In this document: positions 29,910 to 39,729 of the stretch, piece by piece
Position numbering within the stretch: position 1 is the first letter of the stretch
How the letters are laid out: each line of letters begins with the position of its first letter
DNA from: Cyanobacteria bacterium P01_D01_bin.156
Lineage (GTDB): Bacteria; Cyanobacteriota; Cyanobacteriia; Phormidesmidales; Phormidesmidaceae
NCBI GenBank assembly: GCA_039024555.1
Contig: JBCCQQ010000002.1
Span: 1 to 64,000, forward strand
Length of the DNA: 64,000 nt
Direction: 5' to 3'
The notes under the pieces: model-generated
Databases searched by the model: none
What the model was told of the DNA's origin: nothing
Seen by the model: only the letters and a program-made list of their open reading frames with translations
Program-made: the position numbers and the translations under genes

Positions 29910-31283
29910 GTGCCGTCTAAATCGCATTCTGTTCCTCCCTATCTATCGGCACGTCACCTAGCCTTTGTGGTTCTTCGAGACATTGATAAAGGAGCCTTTG
30001 CCGATGTTGCTCTGGAGCGAAATATTGGCAAAGTGAGGTTATCTCCAGCCGATCGACGTCTGGCAACTGAGTTGATTTATGGCACCGTCCGCCGTCAGCG
30101 AACACTAGATGCGTTGATTGATCAATTTGGCAAACGCTCTGCCGATCAGCAACCTGCAGAGCTCCGGCGAATTTTGCACTTGGGGTTTTACCAGCTGCGC
30201 TACTTGGACCATGTTCCAGATCATGCTGTGGTAGATACAACGGTGAATCTGGCTAAACATCAGCGCTTAGGTAAGCTAAGTGGTGTGGTGAATGGCATGC
30301 TGCGACAATATATTCGTTTGGAAAGTGAGGGCGCTGATCCACTGCATGTGCCATCGGATGATCGGATGAGGGCGCAGGGGATTTTCCATAGCTACCCCGA
30401 CTGGATAGTACGGGCATGGCACCAGCTACTGCCAGATGAAGAGATTACTAGCCTGTGTGAGTGGTTTAACCAAACGCCAAAAATAGATTTGCGGGTAAAT
30501 CGGCTACGCTCTAGCGTGGACCAGGTAATTACGGCATTAACTGACCATGGCTTAACGGTAACGCCCCATGGCACTGTCCCAGACGCCCTACGCATTGTGG
30601 GGCCGACGGGCAATATTCGCGAGCTGCCAGGGTATGACGAAGGCTGGTGGATGGTTCAGGACAGTAGTGCTCAGCTGGTGAGCTATTTGGTGGATCCACA
30701 GCCAGGCGAAACGATTATTGATGCCTGCGGTGCACCGGGCGGTAAGACCACACACCTGGCGGAAATGATGGGAGATCAGGGGCGAGTACTGGGATGCGAT
30801 CGCACCTCTTCCCGTCTGAATAAAATCCGGCAAAATGCCAAACGCCTCAAGCTCAATAGCATCGAAACGGTCATGGGTGACAGCCGTGCGCATCCTGAAT
30901 TTAAAGGTATTGCCGACCGGGTGCTGCTGGATGTCCCCTGTTCTGGTTTGGGGACATTACATCGCCATGCCGATGCTCGCTGGCGGCAGACACCAGATTC
31001 CATTGAAGGGTTAACGATGCTCCAACGGCAGCTGTTGGAATCCGCGATGCACTGGGTAAAACCTAGCGGGGTGCTAGTGTACTCCACATGTACCCTGCAC
31101 CCCGACGAAAATCAAAACCTTATTCAGGCGTTTCTAGGCGATCATTCTGACTGGACCATTGATACTTCAGGTATAGATTCTTCAATCGCACTATTTGTAA
31201 CTAAGGAAGGCTGGGCAACGGTGTGGCCCCATAAACAAGATATGGATGGATTCTTTATGGTAAGACTCCGTCGTAGTACATGA
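29910..31283 (+). CDS. rsmB: 16S rRNA m5C967 methyltransferase RsmB
   Basis: NusB-like N-terminus; DACGAPGGKT, DVPCSG.G, LVYSTCT, DGFF. Confidence 0.95.
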   Translation: MPSKSHSVPPYLSARHLAFVVLRDIDKGAFADVALERNIGKVRLSPADRRLATELIYGTVRRQRTLDALIDQFGKRSADQQPAELRRILHLGFYQLRYLDHVPDHAVVDTTVNLAKHQRLGKLSGVVNGMLRQYIRLESEGADPLHVPSDDRMRAQGIFHSYPDWIVRAWHQLLPDEEITSLCEWFNQTPKIDLRVNRLRSSVDQVITALTDHGLTVTPHGTVPDALRIVGPTGNIRELPGYDEGWWMVQDSSAQLVSYLVDPQPGETIIDACGAPGGKTTHLAEMMGDQGRVLGCDRTSSRLNKIRQNAKRLKLNSIETVMGDSRAHPEFKGIADRVLLDVPCSGLGTLHRHADARWRQTPDSIEGLTMLQRQLLESAMHWVKPSGVLVYSTCTLHPDENQNLIQAFLGDHSDWTIDTSGIDSSIALFVTKEGWATVWPHKQDMDGFFMVRLRRST

Positions 31284-31285
31284 GC

Positions 31286-31579
31286 TTACTGCTTAAACGG
31301 ATCATATTCAGACAACAATCTTTCTAGTTTGGCTTCGTCGATGCGGCTCAACATTCTCTTAGCTTCTTCTTGATCGCGAATTGTTTTAGATAAACTGACT
31401 GTTGACCCAACAGAAAATAATAATCCCATACCAAGGTACCCCTTAAGCCAGATGTCAGTCGGCAAATAAACGATACCAATGGCTGTTGCTGAAATAGAAA
31501 TGATAAAAGACAGCCAGGTTTGGGCAATCCAGGCAGCTGTATGGTTTGAGGGGGTGTTGAATTTTTTAGTCGTAGTCAT
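31286..31579 (-). CDS. YiaA/YiaB-like inner membrane protein
   Basis: Two TMs, WLKGYLGMG, LSKTIRD. Confidence 0.85.
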   Translation of the reverse strand: MTTTKKFNTPSNHTAAWIAQTWLSFIISISATAIGIVYLPTDIWLKGYLGMGLLFSVGSTVSLSKTIRDQEEAKRMLSRIDEAKLERLLSEYDPFKQ

Positions 31580-31739
31580 GGTTAATCTCCTCTGAAAATC
31601 TTGGTTACGTATCTGCTAAAAATACAGATGCCAAAATTTTCTCTAAAGACCCGATGAAGATGCCATGAGATAAACTCAACAACCCCCAGGTAATCCTATG
31701 AAAAGCAACTGAAGCGAAGTGCCCCGCAGTAGCACGAAC

Positions 31740-33137
31740 TTAATTTCTAGCGACTCCAGCATCGCGGGCAGCCTGTTGGACTGCAGCAGAGACAGCGGTG
31801 GCCACCCGTGGATCAAAGACCGATGGCACAATGTGGTCAGGGCGAAGTTCGCTATCGGGAATCAGCGTTGCGATCGCATGGGCAGCATGTAAAAACATAC
31901 CAGTGGTAATTGACTCAGCTCGACAATCGATGGCTCCTCGCAGCAAACCTGGAAATGCCAGCACATTATTAATCTGATTGGCATAATCACTGCGACCGGT
32001 GGCCATGACTGCCACAATGCCGTCCAGTAGCTCCGGCTGAATTTCTGGTACCGGGTTGGCCATGGCAAACACAATGGGATCCTTCGCCATGGATTTGACC
32101 ATATCTACGGTGACCACACCGGGAGCGCTCACGCCCATAAATACGTCAGCTCCCACCATGGCATCAGCGAGTGTTCCGCTTTGGTCCACAACAAATTCTT
32201 GCTTGCGGGTATTTAGGTCAGTGCGATCGCGGCTAATAATCCCCTTAGAATCACATACTGTAATGTGATTTACCCCAGCCTTCTTAAATAGGCGGGCCAT
32301 GGCCAGACCGGCAGCTCCAGCACCGTTAATGACCAACTTGACTTCACCCATTTGGGGTTCTTTTCCGACAACCTTAAGGGCGTTGACCAGCGCTGCCAGA
32401 CTGACAATAGCGGTACCATGCTGATCGTCATGAAAAATGGGAATGTCTAACTCCTGCTGCAGCCGCGCCTCAATCTCAAAGCAGCGGGGAGCACTGATAT
32501 CCTCCAGGTTTATCCCACCAAACACGGGAGCAATCCGCTTGACCGTTTCAACAATTTCATCCGTATCCTGGGTGTCTAGGCAAATGGGAAAGCCATCTAG
32601 ACCTGCAAATTCCTTAAACAGCATGGCCTTGCCCTCCATCACCGGTAGAGCCCCCTCAGGCCCTAGATTACCTAACCCTAGGACAGCGCTACCGTCGGTG
32701 ATAATCGCCACTGTATTCGACTTAATAGTTAGGTCATAAACCCGTTCTGGATGCTGGGCAATTTCTGAACAGACTCGCCCGACACCTGGGGTGTAGGCCA
32801 TCGCCAGATCTTCCTGGCTACGCACAGGAGCCTTGCACTCCATGCGAATTTTCCCTCCTTCATGGAGCTTAAAGGTACGGTCATGAACCTTGACAACCTC
32901 GATATCATCTAGAGCATGTATGGCCACCAAAATTTGCTCCGCATGCTCTGCACTAGCTGCATCTACACTGACATCACGGGTAACATTGGCCCGACACCGT
33001 TCGACCACATCGATATCCCCCAGGTTGCCGCCTGCTTCGGCAATAGCCTGGGTCACTTTGGCCAACATGCCAGCCTGATTGGGGACATGCATACGGATGG
33101 TTAAACTGTAACTAGGGTTGGGTGTCAGGCTGACCAT
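31740..33137 (-). CDS. Malic enzyme with an N-terminal ACT domain
   Basis: AYTPGV, MEGKAMLFK, HDDQHGTA, GAGAAG, NNVLAFPG; start MVSLTPNPSYS at 33137. Confidence 0.95.
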   Translation of the reverse strand: MVSLTPNPSYSLTIRMHVPNQAGMLAKVTQAIAEAGGNLGDIDVVERCRANVTRDVSVDAASAEHAEQILVAIHALDDIEVVKVHDRTFKLHEGGKIRMECKAPVRSQEDLAMAYTPGVGRVCSEIAQHPERVYDLTIKSNTVAIITDGSAVLGLGNLGPEGALPVMEGKAMLFKEFAGLDGFPICLDTQDTDEIVETVKRIAPVFGGINLEDISAPRCFEIEARLQQELDIPIFHDDQHGTAIVSLAALVNALKVVGKEPQMGEVKLVINGAGAAGLAMARLFKKAGVNHITVCDSKGIISRDRTDLNTRKQEFVVDQSGTLADAMVGADVFMGVSAPGVVTVDMVKSMAKDPIVFAMANPVPEIQPELLDGIVAVMATGRSDYANQINNVLAFPGLLRGAIDCRAESITTGMFLHAAHAIATLIPDSELRPDHIVPSVFDPRVATAVSAAVQQAARDAGVARN

Positions 33138-33352
33138 TGTCAAAAACCTCAGATAGTGGGAAGAAATAATGTAGTAAAAAAATGTTAAGCCCTGTTGGCC
33201 TAATCCTGCGACCCTTGAAACCATCTAGATAAAAAGCATTCAAAGAATAATTCCTTGGCAACCGTCTAGACATTGACCGCAATGGCCCCATAGGTTGATC
33301 AATCCTGTCCATTCCTCAAGTTCTATTTCCCAAACCCTATTTCCCTTTCACC

Positions 33353-34225
33353 ATGCCAAGTCTCTACGCTGAAATCGAAATCAACGCGACCGCTGCCCAG
33401 GTTTGGGATGCTTTGGTACGCAAAGAAGACTGGCGTTATTGGAATACGTTTTTATACGACTGCGACCCGCGCTCTAATTTTATGTTGGGCCGGGAAGTAT
33501 TTTTGGCCATGCAGCGGATTGAGGGGGATGTGGACACGGAATTTCAGCCGGTGGTAACCACATTACGACCGGGTAGCTGTTTGCGGTGGGTCTCAAAAAT
33601 TCCAGGATTAAAAACGGAACATTCTTTTGAAATGCAGGAAATTGCGCCGGGACGTACCCGTTATCTGCATCGAGATATTTTTATGGGCCCGCTGTCCGGT
33701 GTGTTTCTGCCCTTTATTCGGGACGATGAACGTGAGGGGCTACGACGCATGGCCTATCAGCTAAAGCGCTACGTGGAGAGCGGTGGCAAGCCGCAGCGAG
33801 ATCCTTACAGCCGTAATGCCTATGGCGATCCCTACGGTGGGCGTGGCTATGATGATCGGCGCTATGGCGGCTATCAAGACCGGAGCTATTATCCGGAACA
33901 AGGTAGCTACCAAGACCAAGGGGACCCGAGATATCAGGATCAAGGCTATGGACGTGGTTATAGCGATGAGGGCTATTCCGACCGACGGTATCAGGATCAG
34001 CAAGGCTATTCGGAACGTGGCTATTCGGACCAGGGTGGCGACTACCGGGATCAAGGAGATCAGCGCTATCGCGGGCAGGGCTATGATAACCAGGGTTATG
34101 GAGAGCAAAGGCGCGGTGGTCAGCAAGGGCGCGACTATGGTCAGCAAGGGCGTGACTATAGCGATAACGACTATCCCGATCGACGGTATCGCGACGACAG
34201 GGACTATCGTGATGACAGATGGTAA
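33353..34225 (+). CDS. SRPBCC (START-like) domain protein with a low-complexity C-terminal tail
   Basis: EIEINATAAQVWDAL...WN...EHSF; the last ~145 aa are Y/G/D/R/Q repeats. Confidence 0.85.
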   Translation: MPSLYAEIEINATAAQVWDALVRKEDWRYWNTFLYDCDPRSNFMLGREVFLAMQRIEGDVDTEFQPVVTTLRPGSCLRWVSKIPGLKTEHSFEMQEIAPGRTRYLHRDIFMGPLSGVFLPFIRDDEREGLRRMAYQLKRYVESGGKPQRDPYSRNAYGDPYGGRGYDDRRYGGYQDRSYYPEQGSYQDQGDPRYQDQGYGRGYSDEGYSDRRYQDQQGYSERGYSDQGGDYRDQGDQRYRGQGYDNQGYGEQRRGGQQGRDYGQQGRDYSDNDYPDRRYRDDRDYRDDRW

Positions 34226-34953
34226 TGCAAGGCTTCTACAAACAAGATCTCGCCCATGTTCACGATATTGGTTATGGCGATCATGCGCGTAAGGCAGCTG
34301 CGGAGATCTGCAAAATCCTTGCCAATAACAACATTTTAGATAGGCTGATTGTTGAATTAGGCTGTGGCAGCGGTATCTCTGCTCTAGAATTTGCTAGGCG
34401 TGGCTATAAGATACTCGGCATTGATATTTCAAGTGCCATGGTTGATTTAGCTAGAGCTAGGGTGCCTCAGGCAGAATTTTATAAGGCTTCGTTGTTTAAG
34501 ATAGATTTACCACCTTGTGCAGTCGTAACCGCCATTGGTGAATGTCTTAATTATTTATTTGATCCAGATAATCAAGACGATCGTTTACAACAACTGTTTG
34601 AGCGTATCTATCAAGCGTTGATGCCCGGTGGCCTGTTTATTTTTGATGTGGCAGAACCTGGGTTGTTAGAAAAAGGCGATGAACAACATTTTACCGAAGG
34701 TCATGACTGGCTAGTGTTAGTAGAGAAAGAAGAGAACTTAGAGCAATCTACGCTTACTCGTCGGATCATCACTCTGCGCAAGATAGGTGAACAGTATCGA
34801 CGGGATGATGAGGTTCACCATATTCGTCTCTACCGCTCGACAGACCTTGCTCACAAGCTACGACAGGCAGGCTTTAAAATACAAAGCATGCGTAGCTATG
34901 GGGACTATCAATTACCAAGAGCCCATGCAGCGTTTGTGGCTCGTAAGCCCTGA
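34219..34953 (+). CDS. Class I SAM-dependent methyltransferase
   Basis: VELGCGSG, GIDIS, LMPGGLFIFD. Confidence 0.9.
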   Translation: MVMQGFYKQDLAHVHDIGYGDHARKAAAEICKILANNNILDRLIVELGCGSGISALEFARRGYKILGIDISSAMVDLARARVPQAEFYKASLFKIDLPPCAVVTAIGECLNYLFDPDNQDDRLQQLFERIYQALMPGGLFIFDVAEPGLLEKGDEQHFTEGHDWLVLVEKEENLEQSTLTRRIITLRKIGEQYRRDDEVHHIRLYRSTDLAHKLRQAGFKIQSMRSYGDYQLPRAHAAFVARKP

Positions 34954-34969
34954 GTTTCTGGGTTTGAGA

Positions 34970-35599
34970 CTAGAGTGATTGACCTTCATAGGCCATTTGC
35001 CAAAATTCTTTTTCTAGGTTGGCAACAGTGATAAATGCTTTCTCTGCCTCTGTTTGAGTGTTGTTATCTGCAGTGGCCAGAACGCTATTGGCTTGTTGTT
35101 CTAGCTGTTGAACGTAGGCAGTAAATGCAGCATTGCCCCACCGGTCTGCAAATTCGGTATAGGGTTCTGGCATGGGGCTATGGCTCTGCCAGCCTTGGTT
35201 ATAGGCGAGCTCAATCGCCCAAAAACCGGTGGCCTGAACCGGATAAGACTGCTGTGCTAAATCTTGCATAAACTTGCAGTAGGTTTGGCAAGTTTGCTGT
35301 AGCGGCTGGTTTAAGTCTAGATTGCGGTCTTTGGCTTTCGCATGAAACCATGCTAGCTCTTCTTTGAGTACGGTAATACCGCCCAGAATGAGATCAAAAT
35401 GCTCGACAGGAGCGGCCTGCAATAAACTAGCCGCCAAACGGGTGAATTCAACAACAAAATGATAATCCTGCACTAGCCAGGTGTTGAACTGGTGAGGCAA
35501 TATTGTTCCTTTTTGGCACTGTTCCAAGAAAGGATGTTTGATGGCGGTTTGCCATTGCTCAGGGTATTGGCGAAGGAGTTGTTGACAAATCAGGGGCAT
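34970..35599 (-). CDS. TenA/THI-4 family protein
   Basis: HPFL, WLVQDY, E..FWQMAY. Confidence 0.9.
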   Translation of the reverse strand: MPLICQQLLRQYPEQWQTAIKHPFLEQCQKGTILPHQFNTWLVQDYHFVVEFTRLAASLLQAAPVEHFDLILGGITVLKEELAWFHAKAKDRNLDLNQPLQQTCQTYCKFMQDLAQQSYPVQATGFWAIELAYNQGWQSHSPMPEPYTEFADRWGNAAFTAYVQQLEQQANSVLATADNNTQTEAEKAFITVANLEKEFWQMAYEGQSL

Positions 35600-35692
35600 A
35601 GACAGAGGGGCATGAGGTTTTGCTCGCTCCAGTTTACGTTGTTAGGGCTATGGTTGGAATTCTACCGTTTGCATAGCACTAGCCATAGGGAA

Positions 35693-36589
35693 TCAATGCT
35701 CAGCTAGCCACGCAATGATATCGTGCATTACCTGCTGTCGGTCTAAATCATTGTGGGGTTCGTGATAGCTGCCGGGGTAGATTTTTAAGGTTTTGTCCAC
35801 TGAGATGCGTTCAAAAATCTCTTGGCTACCGCAGACGTCATTGACCTTGTCGGCGCTGCCGTGAATTAGCAGAATGGGCAGCTGAAGTTGACTGATTGTT
35901 TTGCGCACATTCGCGATCGCAACCAAACATTCTGTTCCCCAGCGCACGGTGGCCACCGAATGGGTGAGCGGATCGGTCTGCATTTGATTCACAATGGCCG
36001 GATCGCGAGATAGGGTGTCTCTACCCGTACCAACATCCATGGAAAATCGGGGCCAGATACCAGACAACAGCCGAGCAATAGCCACCAAATAAGGTTTAGC
36101 AATACCAACGGGACGAATGGGTGGGCCGCTGATAATAATGCCTGCTATGCCCTGGGGGGCTGTCAGGGCAAAATCTAGGACGATAAGACCACCCAGACTA
36201 TGGCCCAAGATAAACAGCGGTAACCTCGGTTCATGCTGACGTACCTGGGCTAGAAAGGCACTGACATTATCGCGATAATCTTGCCAGCGATTAATGTGAC
36301 CCCGTTGGCCTTCGGAACGTCCATGGCCCTGGTTATCAAACCCAAAAATGACATAGCCCGCTTGGGTCAGTGCTGTCGTGACCGTATGGTAGCGATCGCA
36401 ATGTTCACCAAATCCATGCACTAGGGCAATGACGGCTCTGGCCGTGCCACTTGGGTACCAGGCCTGATAAAACAGCGACAGACCGTGGGCACCACAAAAT
36501 TTACCTTTTAATTGGGATGCTTGGGTGGCAGGCATGGTTGAACAATCAACAGACAGGGAACGGTTGCTAAATGTATTGGACTGAGTCAT
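35693..36589 (-). CDS. Lysophospholipase/monoglyceride lipase (alpha/beta hydrolase)
   Basis: VHGFGEH, D.QGHGRS.G, GHSLGG, HG..D, YHE. Confidence 0.92.
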   Translation of the reverse strand: MTQSNTFSNRSLSVDCSTMPATQASQLKGKFCGAHGLSLFYQAWYPSGTARAVIALVHGFGEHCDRYHTVTTALTQAGYVIFGFDNQGHGRSEGQRGHINRWQDYRDNVSAFLAQVRQHEPRLPLFILGHSLGGLIVLDFALTAPQGIAGIIISGPPIRPVGIAKPYLVAIARLLSGIWPRFSMDVGTGRDTLSRDPAIVNQMQTDPLTHSVATVRWGTECLVAIANVRKTISQLQLPILLIHGSADKVNDVCGSQEIFERISVDKTLKIYPGSYHEPHNDLDRQQVMHDIIAWLAEH

Positions 36590-36613
36590 GGTAATGTGCG
36601 AACCTTGATGATT

Positions 36614-39568
36614 TTATAGGATCTCAACGGTGCCTTGCTGACCATCAATGCGCACACGCTGCCCTGTCTGTAACCGCTGGGTAACGTCAGTCACATCCAT
36701 CACCGCTGGAATCCCATATTCACGAGCCACAATGGCTCCATGGGAAAGTTGTCCCCCAACCTCAGCGATCAAGCCCCCTAAGTTTGCCAACAGCGGTGCC
36801 CAGCCCGCATCGGTATAAGGTACAACTAAAATAGTTGTTTTACTAATAGGCACATTGGTATCTAGGGTGGTAAGCACCTGGACCTTGCCTTCTAGGGTGC
36901 CCGGACTAGCCCCAATGCCCGTTAGCAGTCGTCCAGTTTGGGCAACTGCCCTGGGCGATGGGGGCATTGAGACCACCATGGTATCTTGGCCATACACTAG
37001 GTGGGGTGGCCTCCATTGGTGATCTGCCTGGTATTGCTGACGGCGAGTGGCCACCGTGTCCTGGTAAATCGGTGAGGCCATATCCCAAGGCTGTAGCTCG
37101 GACCAAGTGAGAAAAAAGATATCTCCAGCCTGTTTAAGGCTATCTGTTTCTAGACAGTGCTGTTCTAGGGCTAAAAAACAGGTTCTCAATTCAGCCAGTA
37201 AACGATTGTAAACCTCAGCAACTTGACCTTTCAAATTTAGTCGTTTTTGTACCTGGTGCTGTTGCCAGGATTGTTTCCTAGATTTCTGAGCAGTTTGGCT
37301 AGAGTGAGGTGGCTGTTGCAAAAATGTGCTGAGCAAGACTTTAACTGGTGCGGGCTGCTCCTGCCAGGTGGGGACAGAGATGTCGGTAGCCACTTCACTT
37401 AAATATCCGTAGTCTGTTAGAAACTGATCTAACTGTTCGAAGAGAGGGACACTGTCAGGCAGTCTCTTTAAGGCAGTAAATAGTTCTTCGCTGTCTTCAG
37501 GAAGCGACTCTAGCTGATGAATCAGAAAAGAATGCTTTTGGGCAATGTCTTTAATGGCCTCAATGGCAGCAATTTCCGGATTAGATTGGTAGTTTAGCTC
37601 CTGACTGTCTACCTTTAGTAGTGCTTTTCGTAGGGCAAAACTTAAGGGAGCCAGAATGTTATAAAATGTGGCCTTTTCTAATAGTTTGAGGATTGTTTTT
37701 ACTTGCTGTTTGATCTCTTCCGGAGAGAGTTGCTCCGGTGATTGTAAAGCATTGAGTGCTGATTGAAAATGGGTCCGGTGCTCATGGTTAAAGTGTTTAA
37801 TTAATTGCCATTCTGCTTTGGCCAACTGCAATAGTCCGAGAGAATTTCGCAGAGTGGATACAAGAGGGGGACGGCTAAATTTGGCCCCTCGCGTGAGAAA
37901 TTCTAAACTCTCGGGGGGGAGCCCCATGCGCTGAAAGATGTCTCCCAGTAGGGTGGCATTGAAGTAGGCATTGGAGCGGTGTAGTGTTGCTGTTTGAGAA
38001 AAATCTAGCCCAGCGGTGCGTTTACCTAAAACGAGGGTAAACAGCTTTCCCCACACACCGCAGGTAAGCGGCTGGTTAATGGACCAGGTGAGGGGATGAA
38101 TCACTCCAGGAATCACCTCAGCGGCAATTTTGCGGGTCCATAGCGGAATTAGAGTGGTAATGGGACGGCTTTGTAAAACCCAAATTTTTTCTCCGTCGTA
38201 GGTCCACTCTACATCTTGGGGAATATCGCTAAATTGTTGTTCCAGGTGACGGGCTAGGTAGGCGATTTGTTGAATAAGTCGGGTAGGAATAGGGGAAGGA
38301 GTAATGGAAAATGGCGAATCGGAACTCTGCTCACCATGATTTTGATCGGTAATGGGTAAATCTACCGCATCGGATAGTTGCCAATCGCTGCCCATATCTT
38401 CTGGGGTAACGGTCACTTGGTAGCGCTGGGGTGTCACTTGGCCAGAGACTACGCGACTAGCGGGGCCTGGTAATGCTTCAATCACCACATGGTGACCACA
38501 GCGGGCAATAGGATCGCGACTAAAGGCAACACCGGAGAAGACGCCTTGGATTTGTTGCTGCACCAAGATGTTCATGGCGGCTTCAGGCAGCCCCTGATCT
38601 TGGCGATAGCGGACGGCGCTGGGGTGGTTATAGGCTTGAAAGCAGGTAGCGATCGCACTTTCTAACCCTGGCTGATCTACCACATCGGTAACCGATACAT
38701 ATTGGCCTGCGGCAGAGGCTCCTAGGCCGTCTTCACCCACAGCAGAGGAACGCACCACCAAGGGCTGTTCCAGGGATGGCTGACATAGACTTAACAGCGC
38801 TGCCGGATCGTCCCCTGCCCGCATTACATAGCCCATGGGCACCGGGTAGCCCCAGGTTTTTAGTTGGGATAGGGTGGCGGCTTTATTCCCCACTATGGCT
38901 GGGTCTAAGGTCTGATCGAGTCCCTGCAAGGCTGATTCACCTCGAAAAAAGCGAAACAATCGGCGCGATTCTGTGCGGGTGCCCTGGTCCGGTAGTTCTA
39001 AATCATCCGGCAATTTTTCATAGATCCAACCGATCAATCCCATAAGACAAGCTACTGCGGTAAACCGCATGCCATTGTTGTGTACAAGTCCGGTAAGTAC
39101 CGGCAACAGAATCAGGGCAAAGGTACGGCCCTGTTTGCGATCGCGAATCACGGTAAACGCGATGAGGCTTAGCAACCAACCTAAACCACCCACCAGCGGG
39201 TCGTAGACCAAAAACCCCCAGCTAACGTTGGTCACGCCCGCTCCACGGCTGAGCCAGTAGCGGCCCATAACCAGCGCAATCAAAGCGACTACGGGCCAGA
39301 TAGGATCGGCTGGAAAAAAATGCCGGGCTAGGAGGACTGCACCGATGCCCTTAAAGGCTTCCAATAGCACTGCCCCAATGCCAACCGGGGTGCCGCCGTG
39401 GTAAAAGGCTGCAGATACGCCTACATTGCCAGTGCCGATTTGCGATAGGCGTTTGCCCGTGGCCAGCTGTACCCACCAGCCGGTTAGGGGTACCCCCCCC
39501 AACACCGGACAAATAAGAAAAATGAGCAGTGCGCCCCACACCTGAACCATGGGTGACTCCGGTAGCAA
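36614..39568 (-). CDS. PlsY-like membrane domain fused to a PEP-utilising dikinase (ATP-grasp plus phosphohistidine domain)
   Basis: N-terminal GTGNVG and TMs; GNKAATL, VRSSAVGED, DVEW, LQSRPIT; GGQLSHGAIVAREYGIPAV. Confidence 0.88.
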   Translation of the reverse strand: MLPESPMVQVWGALLIFLICPVLGGVPLTGWWVQLATGKRLSQIGTGNVGVSAAFYHGGTPVGIGAVLLEAFKGIGAVLLARHFFPADPIWPVVALIALVMGRYWLSRGAGVTNVSWGFLVYDPLVGGLGWLLSLIAFTVIRDRKQGRTFALILLPVLTGLVHNNGMRFTAVACLMGLIGWIYEKLPDDLELPDQGTRTESRRLFRFFRGESALQGLDQTLDPAIVGNKAATLSQLKTWGYPVPMGYVMRAGDDPAALLSLCQPSLEQPLVVRSSAVGEDGLGASAAGQYVSVTDVVDQPGLESAIATCFQAYNHPSAVRYRQDQGLPEAAMNILVQQQIQGVFSGVAFSRDPIARCGHHVVIEALPGPASRVVSGQVTPQRYQVTVTPEDMGSDWQLSDAVDLPITDQNHGEQSSDSPFSITPSPIPTRLIQQIAYLARHLEQQFSDIPQDVEWTYDGEKIWVLQSRPITTLIPLWTRKIAAEVIPGVIHPLTWSINQPLTCGVWGKLFTLVLGKRTAGLDFSQTATLHRSNAYFNATLLGDIFQRMGLPPESLEFLTRGAKFSRPPLVSTLRNSLGLLQLAKAEWQLIKHFNHEHRTHFQSALNALQSPEQLSPEEIKQQVKTILKLLEKATFYNILAPLSFALRKALLKVDSQELNYQSNPEIAAIEAIKDIAQKHSFLIHQLESLPEDSEELFTALKRLPDSVPLFEQLDQFLTDYGYLSEVATDISVPTWQEQPAPVKVLLSTFLQQPPHSSQTAQKSRKQSWQQHQVQKRLNLKGQVAEVYNRLLAELRTCFLALEQHCLETDSLKQAGDIFFLTWSELQPWDMASPIYQDTVATRRQQYQADHQWRPPHLVYGQDTMVVSMPPSPRAVAQTGRLLTGIGASPGTLEGKVQVLTTLDTNVPISKTTILVVPYTDAGWAPLLANLGGLIAEVGGQLSHGAIVAREYGIPAVMDVTDVTQRLQTGQRVRIDGQQGTVEIL

Positions 39569-39729
39569 TCTTCTCTATCTGACCATTGACCGTTACCGTT
39601 ATGGGCAATCCTTAAGCTCAGCGTTAGAACCACAGATTGGAATTAAACGAGTTTTCACACCTTTCAAGAGGCGAGATGTGCAAACTAAAATTATTTCGAG
39701 GAACCGTACATTCAGAGCTATTCAAGTGC

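Noticed and set aside
33780..34225. Possible CRISPR or DNA repeat array
   Set aside because: Repeats are degenerate, in frame and protein-coding; there is no constant repeat-spacer pattern and no cas genes
33761..34292. Alternative-frame ORFs (128 aa minus, 169 aa plus)
   Set aside because: Shadows of the repetitive SRPBCC tail
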